Part shown: piece after piece, positions 1-10,176 of the stretch
How the letters are laid out: every line of letters begins with the position of its first letter
How positions within the stretch are numbered: position 1 is the stretch's first letter
Source of the DNA: a bacterium
GTDB lineage: Bacteria; Patescibacteriota; Dojkabacteria; JAKAPS01; JAJZLI01
Assembly (NCBI GenBank): GCA_021816845.1
Contig: JAKAWT010000002.1
Location: forward strand, 213,329 to 277,328
DNA length: 64,000 nucleotides
Reading direction: 5' to 3'
Position numbers and translations under genes: made by a program
Notes under the pieces: generated by a model
The model's input: only the letters and a program-made list of their open reading frames with translations
Databases searched by the model: none
Told to the model about the DNA's origin: nothing

Positions 1-1271
1 TATCATATGGAAATGCCACATTCTATGGTGATTTATCTCAAATTCCAAATATACCAAATAACCAAGTAGCAGATATGGTTGTTACAGCAAATGATCTAGG
101 ATATTATATTTTAACTAAGGATGGTGGTGTATACACATTTGGTAATGCAGTATTTAGAGGTTCAGTGTTTAATATATCATCTGCTCCAATAAAAAATGCT
201 GTATCTTTAAAATTGACACCTGATGGACTAGGTTATTATGTATTAACAGAAGATGGTGCGGTATATACTTTTGGAGACGCTGTTTTTCAAGGATCAATGT
301 ATAACATACCACAAGCACCAAATAAAGTTCCTGTATCTTTGAGTATCACGCCTAACAATCAAGGTTACTATATTCAAACGGAAGATGGAGGGGTATATAC
401 TTTTGGAAATGCTCAATTCATGGGATCTGTGTACAATATTCCCCAAGCACCCGATAAGAGTGCCATGGGTTTAAAACTAACACCAAATGGGCAAGGTTAT
501 TATATAGAAACTACTGATGGTGGTGTGTATACATTTGGGAATGCACAATTCTATGGTTCTATATATAACATCCCTAAGGCCCCAAGTAGTATAGTTTCTG
601 ATTTAGCTATAACACCAAATGGGCAAGGTTATTATGCTCTAACTGCTGATGGTGGTGTATATACATTTGGAAATGCTGAGTTTGAAGGATCAGATGCAGG
701 AGATGCAGCTGAAAATTCCCTTACTGTTAAGGGGTATATACAGCTTCCCTATAATACTTCTACAAATACTGGTGTAGTTGAAGGTGTAGTACAGAATAAT
801 TCTAATTCTACAATGAGTAACATATCTTTGACAGTTACTGGAGTTTTCGGTTCTCAAAAGGTTACTCCATTTTTCACTACTCTAAATCCTGATCAAAAGA
901 CTCCATTTATATTTTCATATCAAGGGACATATTCACCAACTTTAACATTTTCTGTTACTGGCACTCAGACAAATACATATACCAATCCTTTGAGTATAGG
1001 CAATATTCAAGTAACAAATAATAACAATTCAATAACAGTGTCTGGAGTTGTTACAAATAATTCTTCTATGACTATAAGTAATCCTAAGGTTTCAGTGATA
1101 TTTTATGATTCCAATGAAAATTTTGTATCAGTGTTATATCCAAGTAATTTAAGTAGTTCTATGTTACAACCTGGTGCATCCGCAACATTTAGTGCAACAC
1201 TTACAGGTAGCTATGTATCTCAGGTGTCTACAAATACGGATAACGCAGTGAAAGCATTAGTGACATATTAA
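1..1271 (+). CDS. Surface protein (5'-truncated by window) with ~42-aa GYYxLTxDGGVYTFGNAxFxGS repeats and C-terminal FxLYD-like Ig domains
   Basis: Frame is open upstream of ATG 75 (SYGNATFYGDLSQIPN...); five visible repeat copies; C-terminal VIFYDSN...LQPGASATF. Confidence 0.75.
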   Translation, partial: SYGNATFYGDLSQIPNIPNNQVADMVVTANDLGYYILTKDGGVYTFGNAVFRGSVFNISSAPIKNAVSLKLTPDGLGYYVLTEDGAVYTFGDAVFQGSMYNIPQAPNKVPVSLSITPNNQGYYIQTEDGGVYTFGNAQFMGSVYNIPQAPDKSAMGLKLTPNGQGYYIETTDGGVYTFGNAQFYGSIYNIPKAPSSIVSDLAITPNGQGYYALTADGGVYTFGNAEFEGSDAGDAAENSLTVKGYIQLPYNTSTNTGVVEGVVQNNSNSTMSNISLTVTGVFGSQKVTPFFTTLNPDQKTPFIFSYQGTYSPTLTFSVTGTQTNTYTNPLSIGNIQVTNNNNSITVSGVVTNNSSMTISNPKVSVIFYDSNENFVSVLYPSNLSSSMLQPGASATFSATLTGSYVSQVSTNTDNAVKALVTY

Positions 1272-1291
1272 CTAGGTTATTAATAAAATAG

Positions 1292-1319
1292 AGTAACTCC
1301 ATTGATGGAGTTACTTTTG
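1292..1319. terminator. Bidirectional intrinsic terminator
   Basis: AGTAACTCCA-ttga-TGGAGTTACT hairpin with T tract, between convergent genes. Confidence 0.8.
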
Positions 1320-1343
1320 TTATTTTAGACTGTAAATTTTAAT

Positions 1344-1715
1344 TTATATTTCTACGTAAATATCATTTCCTTTTTTTTCAATCTTGTACACACCTAGTTT
1401 TTTCATAAATCTTTGAGCTATATCTGTCATAACCTTTGGACTTTTTATGTTCAACCCTGGAACTGTCTGTGGTCCTTGAAGTACATCTCCATCCTTAAGA
1501 TTAAATACTGATTTATGATGAGGACAAGTAATTCTGGAATCTTCTACAATCCCTCCTTCAAGAGACAAATTAAGATGTGTGCATTTTAGCCCTGTAGCAA
1601 AGAATTTATTATCACAATTTGTAATTAAAATATCATGTCCTTCAATATTAAAACTCTTAGAAGAGTTTAATGATATATCTTCTATTGTACAAACCTTCTT
1701 TAATTTATTATCCAT
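1344..1715 (-). CDS. Rieske [2Fe-2S] ferredoxin
   Basis: CTH and CPHH ligand motifs. Confidence 0.9.
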   Translation of the reverse strand: MDNKLKKVCTIEDISLNSSKSFNIEGHDILITNCDNKFFATGLKCTHLNLSLEGGIVEDSRITCPHHKSVFNLKDGDVLQGPQTVPGLNIKSPKVMTDIAQRFMKKLGVYKIEKKGNDIYVEI

Positions 1716-1878
1716 AATAATATTTTACATATAAATTAAAAATAATAAAAGAGTTTTCTTTAATTCATTTTAATCTACAGATTACTCCTCTACCAAACAT
1801 CCAACCTTTTGAAACATTTTGAAGAAAGGTTGTGTATTATAAAGTATGTAATCAATTTATATTAGAATTTATGCATAT

Positions 1879-2262
1879 ATGAAAAATCAAAAAATAAGAA
1901 ACATTGTTATTTTAGTTGTTGTAGCAATTGCATTTGGTGCTATAGGGTATTTCATACCACACAAAGTTACACATCATAAAGGAAAGAAAGGTGTAGCTGG
2001 TGGTGCTATAAGCGCTACTAAAAATAAAGCATCTTCCAAAGTAAAGCATATAGCTTTAACATACATACAAGGAAGTATAAGTAGTATATCTACCACTGCT
2101 CTTACAGTTAATGGCACAAATATAAAAGTTACAAAAGGTACAAAAATATATAATGCTGGTAATTTAGAAAATGTCAGCTCTCTTTCAAGTGGTAATACGG
2201 TAAGCGTAGTAGGAACACACACACAAAGTGGAATCGTGGCTAGATTCATAATTGTAACGTAA
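1879..2262 (+). CDS. Membrane-anchored DUF5666-like OB-fold protein
   Basis: N-terminal TM helix; G-I-SIS-T-LTV...L-G-V-V-G pattern; first gene of the exporter operon. Confidence 0.6.
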   Translation: MKNQKIRNIVILVVVAIAFGAIGYFIPHKVTHHKGKKGVAGGAISATKNKASSKVKHIALTYIQGSISSISTTALTVNGTNIKVTKGTKIYNAGNLENVSSLSSGNTVSVVGTHTQSGIVARFIIVT

Positions 2263-2270
2263 AAAAAATA

Positions 2271-3611
2271 ATGAAAAATTTTATAAAGCATCTGGGTGCA
2301 AAGCATAGTCTTATTGCAAAAATAGTACTTGTGGTCCTTGTTTTAGGGCTCATATATCTAGGCTATTCATCAATTGTAAAAACAAAACAAAAAATTGTGA
2401 AACCATATACTGTAAAGAGTGGAAGTATAACTCAAAATGTTTCTGCAGTTGGTAATGTTGTATTTGGTAATATGGCAGAGCTTAATTTTCCAATTTCAGG
2501 GAAACTTTCCCAAGTATATGTTAAAGATGGGCAAAGTGTACAATCTGGAGAAAAACTTGCATCTTTAACTACTACAACGTTAGAGGAGAATGTACAGACA
2601 GCACAAAATAACTATGATATAGCACAGCAAAAAATAAATGCTTTATATGGGCAAGCATCCTCAGATGTACAAACCGCACAAAATGCTCTTAGCCAGGCAC
2701 AAGCTACACTAAATTCAGATCAAACTAATCTTAACTCTACACCTACCACATCTTCAAATTATCAGACCCTTCAGGCAAAAGTACAGACTGATAATACTAC
2801 AGTTAGTGTAGATCAACAGAACCTCCAAAATGCTCAACAAGAACCCCTATATTATAACCTTGCACCTTTAGTAGATTCAAAAAATAATGCATATATAAAT
2901 TTGGAACAGGCACAAAGTGCATTAGCAGAAGCTACTCTAACTTCTCCAATTTCAGGAACTGTTATATTCCTTTCATCTATTGCTCCTAATGAACAAGTGG
3001 GTGCTACAGCTCAAGGTGGATCAAAAGGTATAGCTTCTGCAGAGAGTGGAGTTTCAAATGTTGCAGGTAATTCATTCGTTACAATAGCAAATACTAAATC
3101 TGCACAGATATTTGCATATGTGGATGAAAGTTCTATTGCAAAAGTTAATACAGGACAAAATGTAGATATAACTTTAACTGCTTATCCTAATCGAACATTT
3201 AAAGGTAATGTCATATCTATAGAACCATCATCTACTATAATACAGAATGTAGTAAATTATGGAGTAACTATAAGTATTAACAATGCTCCATCAAGCATTA
3301 AGCTAGGAATGAGTGCTAATGTTAATATAGTAACTGCACAAGCCTCGAATACATTATTAATACCAAATTCTGCGTTAGTATACACAACATCAGGTAAACC
3401 ATTAGTCATATTAGATTCTAATGGTAAATATATCAAAAAACCAATTCAAACTGGGATTAGTAATATATACTTTACTCAGGTTACAAGTGGACTTCAACGT
3501 GGAGACAAGATAGTGGTTAATGGAAACAGTTCGTTTAAAATCAAATCTACTGGCACAAAAGGTGCTCTGGGTGGGAAAGGGAAAGGAATTGGTAAACAGT
3601 TTGGACTATGA
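2271..3611 (+). CDS. MacA-like membrane fusion protein
   Basis: TM anchor, lipoyl half-motifs (VKDGQSVQSGEKL, LTSPISGTV), coiled coil, beta-barrel; precedes ABC genes. Confidence 0.9.
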   Translation: MKNFIKHLGAKHSLIAKIVLVVLVLGLIYLGYSSIVKTKQKIVKPYTVKSGSITQNVSAVGNVVFGNMAELNFPISGKLSQVYVKDGQSVQSGEKLASLTTTTLEENVQTAQNNYDIAQQKINALYGQASSDVQTAQNALSQAQATLNSDQTNLNSTPTTSSNYQTLQAKVQTDNTTVSVDQQNLQNAQQEPLYYNLAPLVDSKNNAYINLEQAQSALAEATLTSPISGTVIFLSSIAPNEQVGATAQGGSKGIASAESGVSNVAGNSFVTIANTKSAQIFAYVDESSIAKVNTGQNVDITLTAYPNRTFKGNVISIEPSSTIIQNVVNYGVTISINNAPSSIKLGMSANVNIVTAQASNTLLIPNSALVYTTSGKPLVILDSNGKYIKKPIQTGISNIYFTQVTSGLQRGDKIVVNGNSSFKIKSTGTKGALGGKGKGIGKQFGL

Positions 3612-4297
3612 TCACTTTAAAAGGTATATATAAAATATATGGTGATACTGGAAACGAGGTTACTGCTCTTGATAACATCAATCTTACAATAGAAAAAGGA
3701 GAATATATTAGTATTATGGGGGCAAGTGGCTCAGGCAAATCATCCCTAATGCATATAATGGGACTTTTAGATAAACCAACCAGAGGTGAATATATCTTAG
3801 ATGGAGTAAATACAAAGGATATAAAAGAGAAAGAATTATCCACTGTGAGGAACAAGTATATAGGATTTGTATTTCAAGCATTTAATCTTCTTCCTCGTAC
3901 TACAGTGATGGAAAACGTAATCCTTCCATTAATATATAGAGGAGAAAACAGAGATAGTGCGGAAAAAAAGGCTATGAAGATTCTCCAAAATTTGGGTATT
4001 GGTGAACGTGCTTATTTTAAAACAAATCAAATATCAGGAGGACAACAACAAAGGGTTGCTATAGCAAGGGCTTTAACACAAGAGCCAACTTTAATATTAG
4101 CAGATGAACCCACTGGGAATGTAGATTCAAAAACCACATTAGAGATTATAAAAATCCTCCAAGATTTAAATGATGAAGGACACTCAATTGTTATAGTTAC
4201 TCATGAGGAGGATATAGGAGATAGAGCAAAAAGAAAGATTAAATTAAAAGATGGTTTTTTGATTGAAGATAAAATTATAAAACAAAAAAGGATCTAG
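3608..4297 (+). CDS. ABC transporter ATP-binding protein (MacB/LolD family)
   Basis: Walker [17 protein letters not shown] signature, ILADEPTGN. Confidence 0.95.
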   Translation: MITLKGIYKIYGDTGNEVTALDNINLTIEKGEYISIMGASGSGKSSLMHIMGLLDKPTRGEYILDGVNTKDIKEKELSTVRNKYIGFVFQAFNLLPRTTVMENVILPLIYRGENRDSAEKKAMKILQNLGIGERAYFKTNQISGGQQQRVAIARALTQEPTLILADEPTGNVDSKTTLEIIKILQDLNDEGHSIVIVTHEEDIGDRAKRKIKLKDGFLIEDKIIKQKRI

Positions 4298-4315
4298 ATA
4301 ATCATATCTAGATAC
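4290..4315. repeat. Degenerate palindrome array, 2 units, period 14
   Basis: GGATCTAGATAA-tc-ATATCTAGATAC starting at the stop codon of the ABC ATPase gene. Confidence 0.55.
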
Positions 4316-4321
4316 AAAAAT

Positions 4322-5551
4322 ATGAATTTTAAAGATTTTTTATTTACAGCAATACATTCTCTAACTATTAATATAGGTAGAACTGTCTTATCTGCTCTAG
4401 GTATTATCATAGGTATAGCATCTGTTATCGCGCTTATTTCTGTAGGTCAAGGTGCTCAATCAAAGATTACCCAGAACATTCAAAACCTTGGATCTAATCT
4501 TATTATAGTAACCTCTGGTAATGCAAAAGTGGGGAATGTTAAACAAGGGATAGGCACTGCTGGAACACTAAATCAAAATGATTTGACTGCTCTAGAGAGT
4601 AGAAGTAATACACCAGATGTTGTAGCTGTATCTCCAGTTATAAGTAAGCAAGGTCAACTTATATATAAAAGTCAAAATGCAGTTACTTTAATTGAAGGAG
4701 TAACACCTGCAGCTCAAGTTGTAAATGATATTACAATGTCTAAAGGATCTTTTATTACTGAGCCAGATATTAAAGATAATCTACCAGTTATTGTTTTAGG
4801 TCCTACAGTTGCTAGCGAACTTTTTCCAAACTCTAATCCACTTGGTAAAATTGTTACTATCGGGAATACATCTTTTACAGTAATTGGAGTCACACAAGCT
4901 AAAGGGTCATCAGGAGGAGGTTCATTTAATCAAGATAATCAAGTAGCTGTTCCAATCACTACGGCACAAGCTGAACTATTTGGGAATATTGGATATAGTA
5001 CTATAATAGTACAAGCACAAAGTGCCCAAGCTATGAACAATGCAACAGCAGAAGTGGAAAATACCTTGATGAGAGTACAAGGAATTACCAATATAAATCA
5101 GGCAAACTTCAATATCACTAATCAAACCCAAATTCTTACAACGTTGAACAGTATAACTGGCACATTTACATTACTTTTGGGTGGTATAGCAGGTATATCA
5201 CTTATTGTTGGTGGAATAGGTATTATGAATATTATGCTTGTATCTGTAACAGAGAGAACAAGAGAAATAGGATTGAGAAAAGCAATTGGTGCAAAAAATA
5301 GCGATATATTGTATCAATTTTTAATAGAAGCTATACTAATAACAGTTATAGGTGGATTTATAGGATTAACAATAGGGATATTTATGGACTATCTGATTGC
5401 CACATATATTATAAAAGTTCCATTCATCATATCTTCAATAGCAATAATACTATCTATAACAGTGTCAATCACAATAGGACTTGCTTTTGGTATTTTTCCT
5501 GCATACAAAGCATCAAGATTGTCTCCTATAGAGGCACTAAGATATGAGTAA
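4322..5551 (+). CDS. MacB/FtsX-family ABC permease
   Basis: LGIIIGIASV, VTERTREIGLRKAIGA, PIEALRYE motifs. Confidence 0.95.
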   Translation: MNFKDFLFTAIHSLTINIGRTVLSALGIIIGIASVIALISVGQGAQSKITQNIQNLGSNLIIVTSGNAKVGNVKQGIGTAGTLNQNDLTALESRSNTPDVVAVSPVISKQGQLIYKSQNAVTLIEGVTPAAQVVNDITMSKGSFITEPDIKDNLPVIVLGPTVASELFPNSNPLGKIVTIGNTSFTVIGVTQAKGSSGGGSFNQDNQVAVPITTAQAELFGNIGYSTIIVQAQSAQAMNNATAEVENTLMRVQGITNINQANFNITNQTQILTTLNSITGTFTLLLGGIAGISLIVGGIGIMNIMLVSVTERTREIGLRKAIGAKNSDILYQFLIEAILITVIGGFIGLTIGIFMDYLIATYIIKVPFIISSIAIILSITVSITIGLAFGIFPAYKASRLSPIEALRYE

Positions 5552-5762
5552 ACTTGAGATTATATATTAAATATGAGTTTTAGTAATTATAATCCCAACA
5601 ATAATAAGTAGTAGTAATAGGAATATAAAAGCTGATATACCGACTTGCCTCTTTTATGGGTCTATTACTATCTATAAAATGCCTTTTATATTCCTCATAT
5701 GTAATAAAACCTGACATAGACCCTCCAAGTAAACCAAAGATAAGTCCTATCAAAAAATACAT
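5530..5762 (-). pseudogene. Small membrane protein, probably frameshifted
   Basis: First TM helix in the ORF frame; a second hydrophobic helix (GISAFIFLLLLLIIVGIII) continues in another frame after ~5643. Confidence 0.45.
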
Positions 5763-5801
5763 TTTCACTATTACCATAATATTTAGTTGGAGTCAATTTT
5801 T

Positions 5802-6074
5802 TTAATTCTGATAATGAAAGTCTAATGTTTCTAGATTTAAACTAACAACATCTTCTGGATAATCGTGAACTATAGTTCTATCTAGTAACAATCTAAATAA
5901 GGCTTCATTTACGGCTATGTGTGAAAATTGACCAGTTTTAGAAAGTTCTCTACAATACTCTCCAATACCTAATATTGGTTGTTTTCTAAGATCATCCACT
6001 ATTCTCCTCCTCAGAATATCTACTTGATTTTTAAATTCTCCTACATTGTGATTATACTTTTCTGGTGCTTCCAT
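5802..6074 (-). CDS. Hypothetical protein
   Basis: 90-aa ORF with ordinary composition; no family recognised. Confidence 0.55.
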   Translation of the reverse strand: MEAPEKYNHNVGEFKNQVDILRRRIVDDLRKQPILGIGEYCRELSKTGQFSHIAVNEALFRLLLDRTIVHDYPEDVVSLNLETLDFHYQN

Positions 6075-6191
6075 CCGTGTTTTATTGTTGTCTTATAATA
6101 TTATATAACCATACTAAAAACAATGCCTATTATATAATGTATGCTATACTCTATTTAGATACTTTGCTATTAATCTCCAAAAGATTTAGAT

Positions 6192-7247
6192 GTGAATATT
6201 TCCAATAATAATTATATGACCAAATTGAATAAACATATTAAAATTGTACGTTCCAGTTTAAGCAGGCTAAGTTCCATGAGTGAAAAATCATGTGAGTCTA
6301 TATATAACGTTCTAGTGAAGAGCTATTCTCATGTTGATATTAGTATTGTGAATAATTTAGAGGATCTAAAAGATTTGATAAACTCTAGACCAGATTTAGT
6401 TTTTTTGGGTATGAAATTTATACCTACAAATACTGGATTATTATCATCAAAAATATGGATAAGTAAATATTTAGATGATAATAACGTTATATATACAGGA
6501 TCAGGTAAATCAGCACATGAACTTGAATATAATAAACATCTTGCAAAACAGAGGATGATAAATTTCGGTATCCAGACTTCCCCATTTTATATTATAAAAC
6601 ACAATGATACTCAAGAAAAATATAATAACATGCTAAGATTTCCTGTATTTATAAAACCAACAAATCGTAGTGGAGGTATGGGAATTGATAGTGATTCAGT
6701 AGCATATAACTTTGAAGATCTATATTTCAAAGTTAATTTAATTTCTACTAAATTAAGATCAGATTCAATAGTAGAAGAGTATTTACCAGGTAGAGAATTT
6801 AGTGTTGCTATATTGAAAAACCATCACTCAAATAGATTTAGTGTAATGCCTATAGAACTAATTGCAATGCCCGATAAAAATGGTATAAGTATGCTTAGTA
6901 AAAAAGTAAAATCATCAAATAGTGAGTGTGTTAAAGAAGTTACTGATAATATTATAAGATCTAATATTATGGAACTTTCAATGAGAGCTTTTAATGCACT
7001 TGGTGCTCGTGATTATGGACGTATAGATATTAGAATGAATGAGAATGGTATCCCACAATTTCTTGAAGCTAATCTCATACCAAGCCTTATTGATAAATAT
7101 GGTTCATTCCCTAAAGCTTGTATGTTAAATATAAGCTTGGGCTATGAACAGATGATATTAAATATTGTAAAATTAGCATTAAATCGTATAACTATAAAAG
7201 AGAAAATTTCTACAGAATCTTATGATTTGATATTAAAAAATTCTTAA
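6192..7247 (+). CDS. ATP-grasp ligase, divergent D-Ala-D-Ala ligase-like
   Basis: FPVFIKP, VEEYLPGREFSV, YGRIDIR, LEANLIP; lacks the canonical Ddl N-terminal GGxSxE and LHG-GEDG motifs. Confidence 0.75.
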   Translation: MNISNNNYMTKLNKHIKIVRSSLSRLSSMSEKSCESIYNVLVKSYSHVDISIVNNLEDLKDLINSRPDLVFLGMKFIPTNTGLLSSKIWISKYLDDNNVIYTGSGKSAHELEYNKHLAKQRMINFGIQTSPFYIIKHNDTQEKYNNMLRFPVFIKPTNRSGGMGIDSDSVAYNFEDLYFKVNLISTKLRSDSIVEEYLPGREFSVAILKNHHSNRFSVMPIELIAMPDKNGISMLSKKVKSSNSECVKEVTDNIIRSNIMELSMRAFNALGARDYGRIDIRMNENGIPQFLEANLIPSLIDKYGSFPKACMLNISLGYEQMILNIVKLALNRITIKEKISTESYDLILKNS

Positions 7248-7283
7248 TATACAATCTTTAAGAATACATATAATATTTAAAAA

Positions 7284-8555
7284 ATGATTAATAATAATGA
7301 AACTCTTCCTCCTAACAATCTTATTAAAAAACGGTGGAGGGATATGGGTGCGGCATTTAAAGTACGTAACTATCGTTGGTATTGGACAACACAATTTCTA
7401 TCAGGAATAGGAACTTGGGCACAAGCTATAGCTCAATCTTGGTTAATCCTTGATCTTACACACTCAGCAATAGCATTAGGTACAATTACAATGTTGCAAT
7501 TTCTACCCATGCTGCTTTTTTCTTTGTTTGGCGGTGTTATTGCTGATAGATTTGAACGTAGACGACTTCTTGTATTTACACAGATTATATTAGCATTACA
7601 AGCAATCATACTAGCTATACTTGTCCTTACTCACGCTATAACTATATTTGAAGTAGGATTTTTAGCGTTACTTTTAGGTACAATAAATGCTTTAAATGGA
7701 CCAGCTCAACAAGCTTTTGTTCCTGAACTTGTAGGTAAGGATCTTGTTCCTAATGCAGTAGCCTTAAATAGTGTTCAATTTAATACTTCAAGAATGATAG
7801 GAGGAGCGATAGGTGGTATAGCTGTAGCTTTATGGGGCATACCAGGAGCTTTATTCTTTAATGCTGCGAGTTTTATCCCTACAATTGTTGTACTCATTAT
7901 AATTAGACCTGCCTATACTGCTATAAAAACATATTTGGAAAAGACATCTGCTATAACTGAACTTATGGAAGGTTTGAAGTATGCATTATCAAATCTATCT
8001 ATTCGTAGAATAGTTTTACTTTTTGGTATTATTGGTCTTTTAGGTTTTAATTGGCAAGTAGCTGTTCCTCTAATAGCTAAATTTTCACTGCATCAAAATG
8101 TTACAGCATTTGGAGATTTAATGGCAGCACTTGGAGCTGGCTCTCTAATTGGTGCAATTATACAAGCTAGAAATAGTAATGCTAGTGAAAAACGTATAAT
8201 ATTGGGTGGAATTGCTTTAGGTATTTCCCTACTGCTACTTGGTCTATCACATTCATATTTATTAAGTCTTATACTTTTAGCTATTGCTGGGTTCTCAGGT
8301 ATTATAGCATCTGTTACAACCAATACTAGATTACAATTAATCACACCTGATAAATTTAGAGGTAGGATTATGGGTATCTATGTATTATTAATGGGGGGCA
8401 CAACACCAATTGGAGCATTCTTATTTGGAGAGATTGCAGGTAATTTTAATACTGGTGTAGCATTGATAATTTTTGGTAGCATCACTGTATTGGGGATAGT
8501 AACAATCGCTCTAACCAACAGACATTTTGCAACACCTGGTTTATTTACTAACTAG
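7284..8555 (+). CDS. MFS transporter (DHA3/EntS-like)
   Basis: About 12 hydrophobic segments; GGVIADRFERR motif A; RGRIMG. Confidence 0.9.
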   Translation: MINNNETLPPNNLIKKRWRDMGAAFKVRNYRWYWTTQFLSGIGTWAQAIAQSWLILDLTHSAIALGTITMLQFLPMLLFSLFGGVIADRFERRRLLVFTQIILALQAIILAILVLTHAITIFEVGFLALLLGTINALNGPAQQAFVPELVGKDLVPNAVALNSVQFNTSRMIGGAIGGIAVALWGIPGALFFNAASFIPTIVVLIIIRPAYTAIKTYLEKTSAITELMEGLKYALSNLSIRRIVLLFGIIGLLGFNWQVAVPLIAKFSLHQNVTAFGDLMAALGAGSLIGAIIQARNSNASEKRIILGGIALGISLLLLGLSHSYLLSLILLAIAGFSGIIASVTTNTRLQLITPDKFRGRIMGIYVLLMGGTTPIGAFLFGEIAGNFNTGVALIIFGSITVLGIVTIALTNRHFATPGLFTN

Positions 8556-8557
8556 TC

Positions 8558-8830
8558 TTATCTTTTTTTTAGACGTTTATTTATCATCTCAAATGTAGAA
8601 TTATCTGGTAAACCAAGCGATCTAGCAATAATCTTAAGCTCTTCTTGATAAATTACATGCCATGGAGAATCACTACTAATATTAAGTTTCCTCGTTTCTT
8701 CGACCCTATTAATTTCATCTATTTCATCCCATGTAACATCATCACTAAGACCCAACTTCCTAGCAGCAAGTATTCTACTATTATTATAAATAGCATCTGA
8801 ATCAATGTCACTAATAGTTTCAATGTCCAT
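8558..8830 (-). CDS. Small protein with 22-aa LGL-W-I helical repeats
   Basis: ARKLGLSDDVTWDEI / TRKLNISSDSPWHVI / ARSLGLPDNSTFEMI. Confidence 0.7.
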   Translation of the reverse strand: MDIETISDIDSDAIYNNSRILAARKLGLSDDVTWDEIDEINRVEETRKLNISSDSPWHVIYQEELKIIARSLGLPDNSTFEMINKRLKKR

Positions 8831-8841
8831 TTTTGTGAATG

Positions 8842-9504
8842 TTAATCTTTCCTGAAGGATATAGGGGGAGTATATGGTTTTACCAGACCGATACCTGTTA
8901 TAGTAAATGATTCAATATGATTATTGTTTGATAATGCGTGTGCCCCTACATCTTCAGATAACATATAACCTTTACTTGATATACATGAAGACGCAAGTTG
9001 TACTAATGAATTTCCAACATCAGTTCTTTTAAAAGTCCATATATGTCCTGTAACCCCAGCTATACTACAAGGTTTACCTTCCAGTAATATTGCACCAGTA
9101 ACATCTTTAAATCCTACAAATTGTTCAACACTTTTTATATATGGTGAGTTTTGATAATTATTAGAACCTTCTTTTTGTCTATACCAAGTATTAGCTAAAT
9201 CTGTATATATATAACCATTTATATGGTACTCAGGTAATGGTTGTTGTGTGCTCCAGTTTTGAGGTGAATAAACTAGTCCTGTAATTGTTAATGAGTTATT
9301 AGTGAAACTAAAAGTGTAGTTTTTAAGATCTATTAATTTAGATAGATTCAATATTGATTTACTAGAAACTGAAGAATTACTGTTTATTAAATTAGAATTT
9401 TTTGTTGATATATTATTGTTTTTTGGAGTAATTAGATAAAGGATAATAACTATAACTGCAACAAGTGGTAATATTACATATATAATTGTTCTTTTTGAAG
9501 TCAT
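8842..9504 (-). CDS. Membrane-anchored hypothetical protein
   Basis: N-terminal TM helix, Ser/Asn linker, beta-rich domain with two Cys. Confidence 0.7.
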   Translation of the reverse strand: MTSKRTIIYVILPLVAVIVIILYLITPKNNNISTKNSNLINSNSSVSSKSILNLSKLIDLKNYTFSFTNNSLTITGLVYSPQNWSTQQPLPEYHINGYIYTDLANTWYRQKEGSNNYQNSPYIKSVEQFVGFKDVTGAILLEGKPCSIAGVTGHIWTFKRTDVGNSLVQLASSCISSKGYMLSEDVGAHALSNNNHIESFTITGIGLVKPYTPPISFRKD

Positions 9505-9561
9505 ATTTTCTATCTCTAATTATTGCAGAAATAGTATATTGTTTTTATATTATTGTCAATG

Positions 9562-9909
9562 CTAATTTAGCTGTATTCTTCTTTCTAGATCTCTTTTTGC
9601 TCTCAATACATCTTCATAACTAGAATCATAAGGTAAGCCTAATATTCTTGCATTAATCATTCTTTCTTCATTATGTATTTCTGACCAAGTAGCTGTGTAA
9701 TCAAGCCCTATATTTCTTGCAGCAAATACCCTTTCTATGTCATCTATAACTTCCCAAGATGTGTTTTCTGGAAGACCAAGTCTTCTTGCAGCATCTATCC
9801 TTTCTTGATTGTGTATCTGACCCCATGAAGCACCCTCAGGTAACCCCAACATTCTAGAACATATTGTCCTTTCTAACATATCATTTATTTCTGTATTATC
9901 CTTTTCCAT
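9562..9909 (-). CDS. Small protein with four 22-aa LGL-W-I helical repeats (paralogue of 8558..8830)
   Basis: SRMLGLPEGASWGQI / ARRLGLPENTSWEVI / ARNIGLDYTATWSEI / ARILGLPYDSSYEDV. Confidence 0.8.
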   Translation of the reverse strand: MEKDNTEINDMLERTICSRMLGLPEGASWGQIHNQERIDAARRLGLPENTSWEVIDDIERVFAARNIGLDYTATWSEIHNEERMINARILGLPYDSSYEDVLRAKRDLERRIQLN

Positions 9910-9929
9910 AGATCTATCTATATAGATTG

Positions 9930-10037
9930 TTAATATAAACCATCATGAGTACCTATATCATAAACAATGATTGTACTATTTGATACCCCTTTATATATTA
10001 ATCGCACATTATATTCTATTGATAATTTTTTAAACTC
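9930..10037 (-). pseudogene. Remnant of a YafQ/RelE-family toxin gene
   Basis: Manual translation ...SIEYNVRLIYKGVSNSTIIVYDIGTHDGLY*; in-frame stop upstream and no start codon. Confidence 0.6.
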
Positions 10038-10176
10038 TTAAAATCCGGATTATCAATAAATTAATATTACTCATATTATTGATAAATATATACTAAACGA
10101 TACTATTTTGATTGAAATTTATCAAGTATAATCTTCTATAAAATCATCAAGTTTCGATAATTTCTGAAAGATATTG

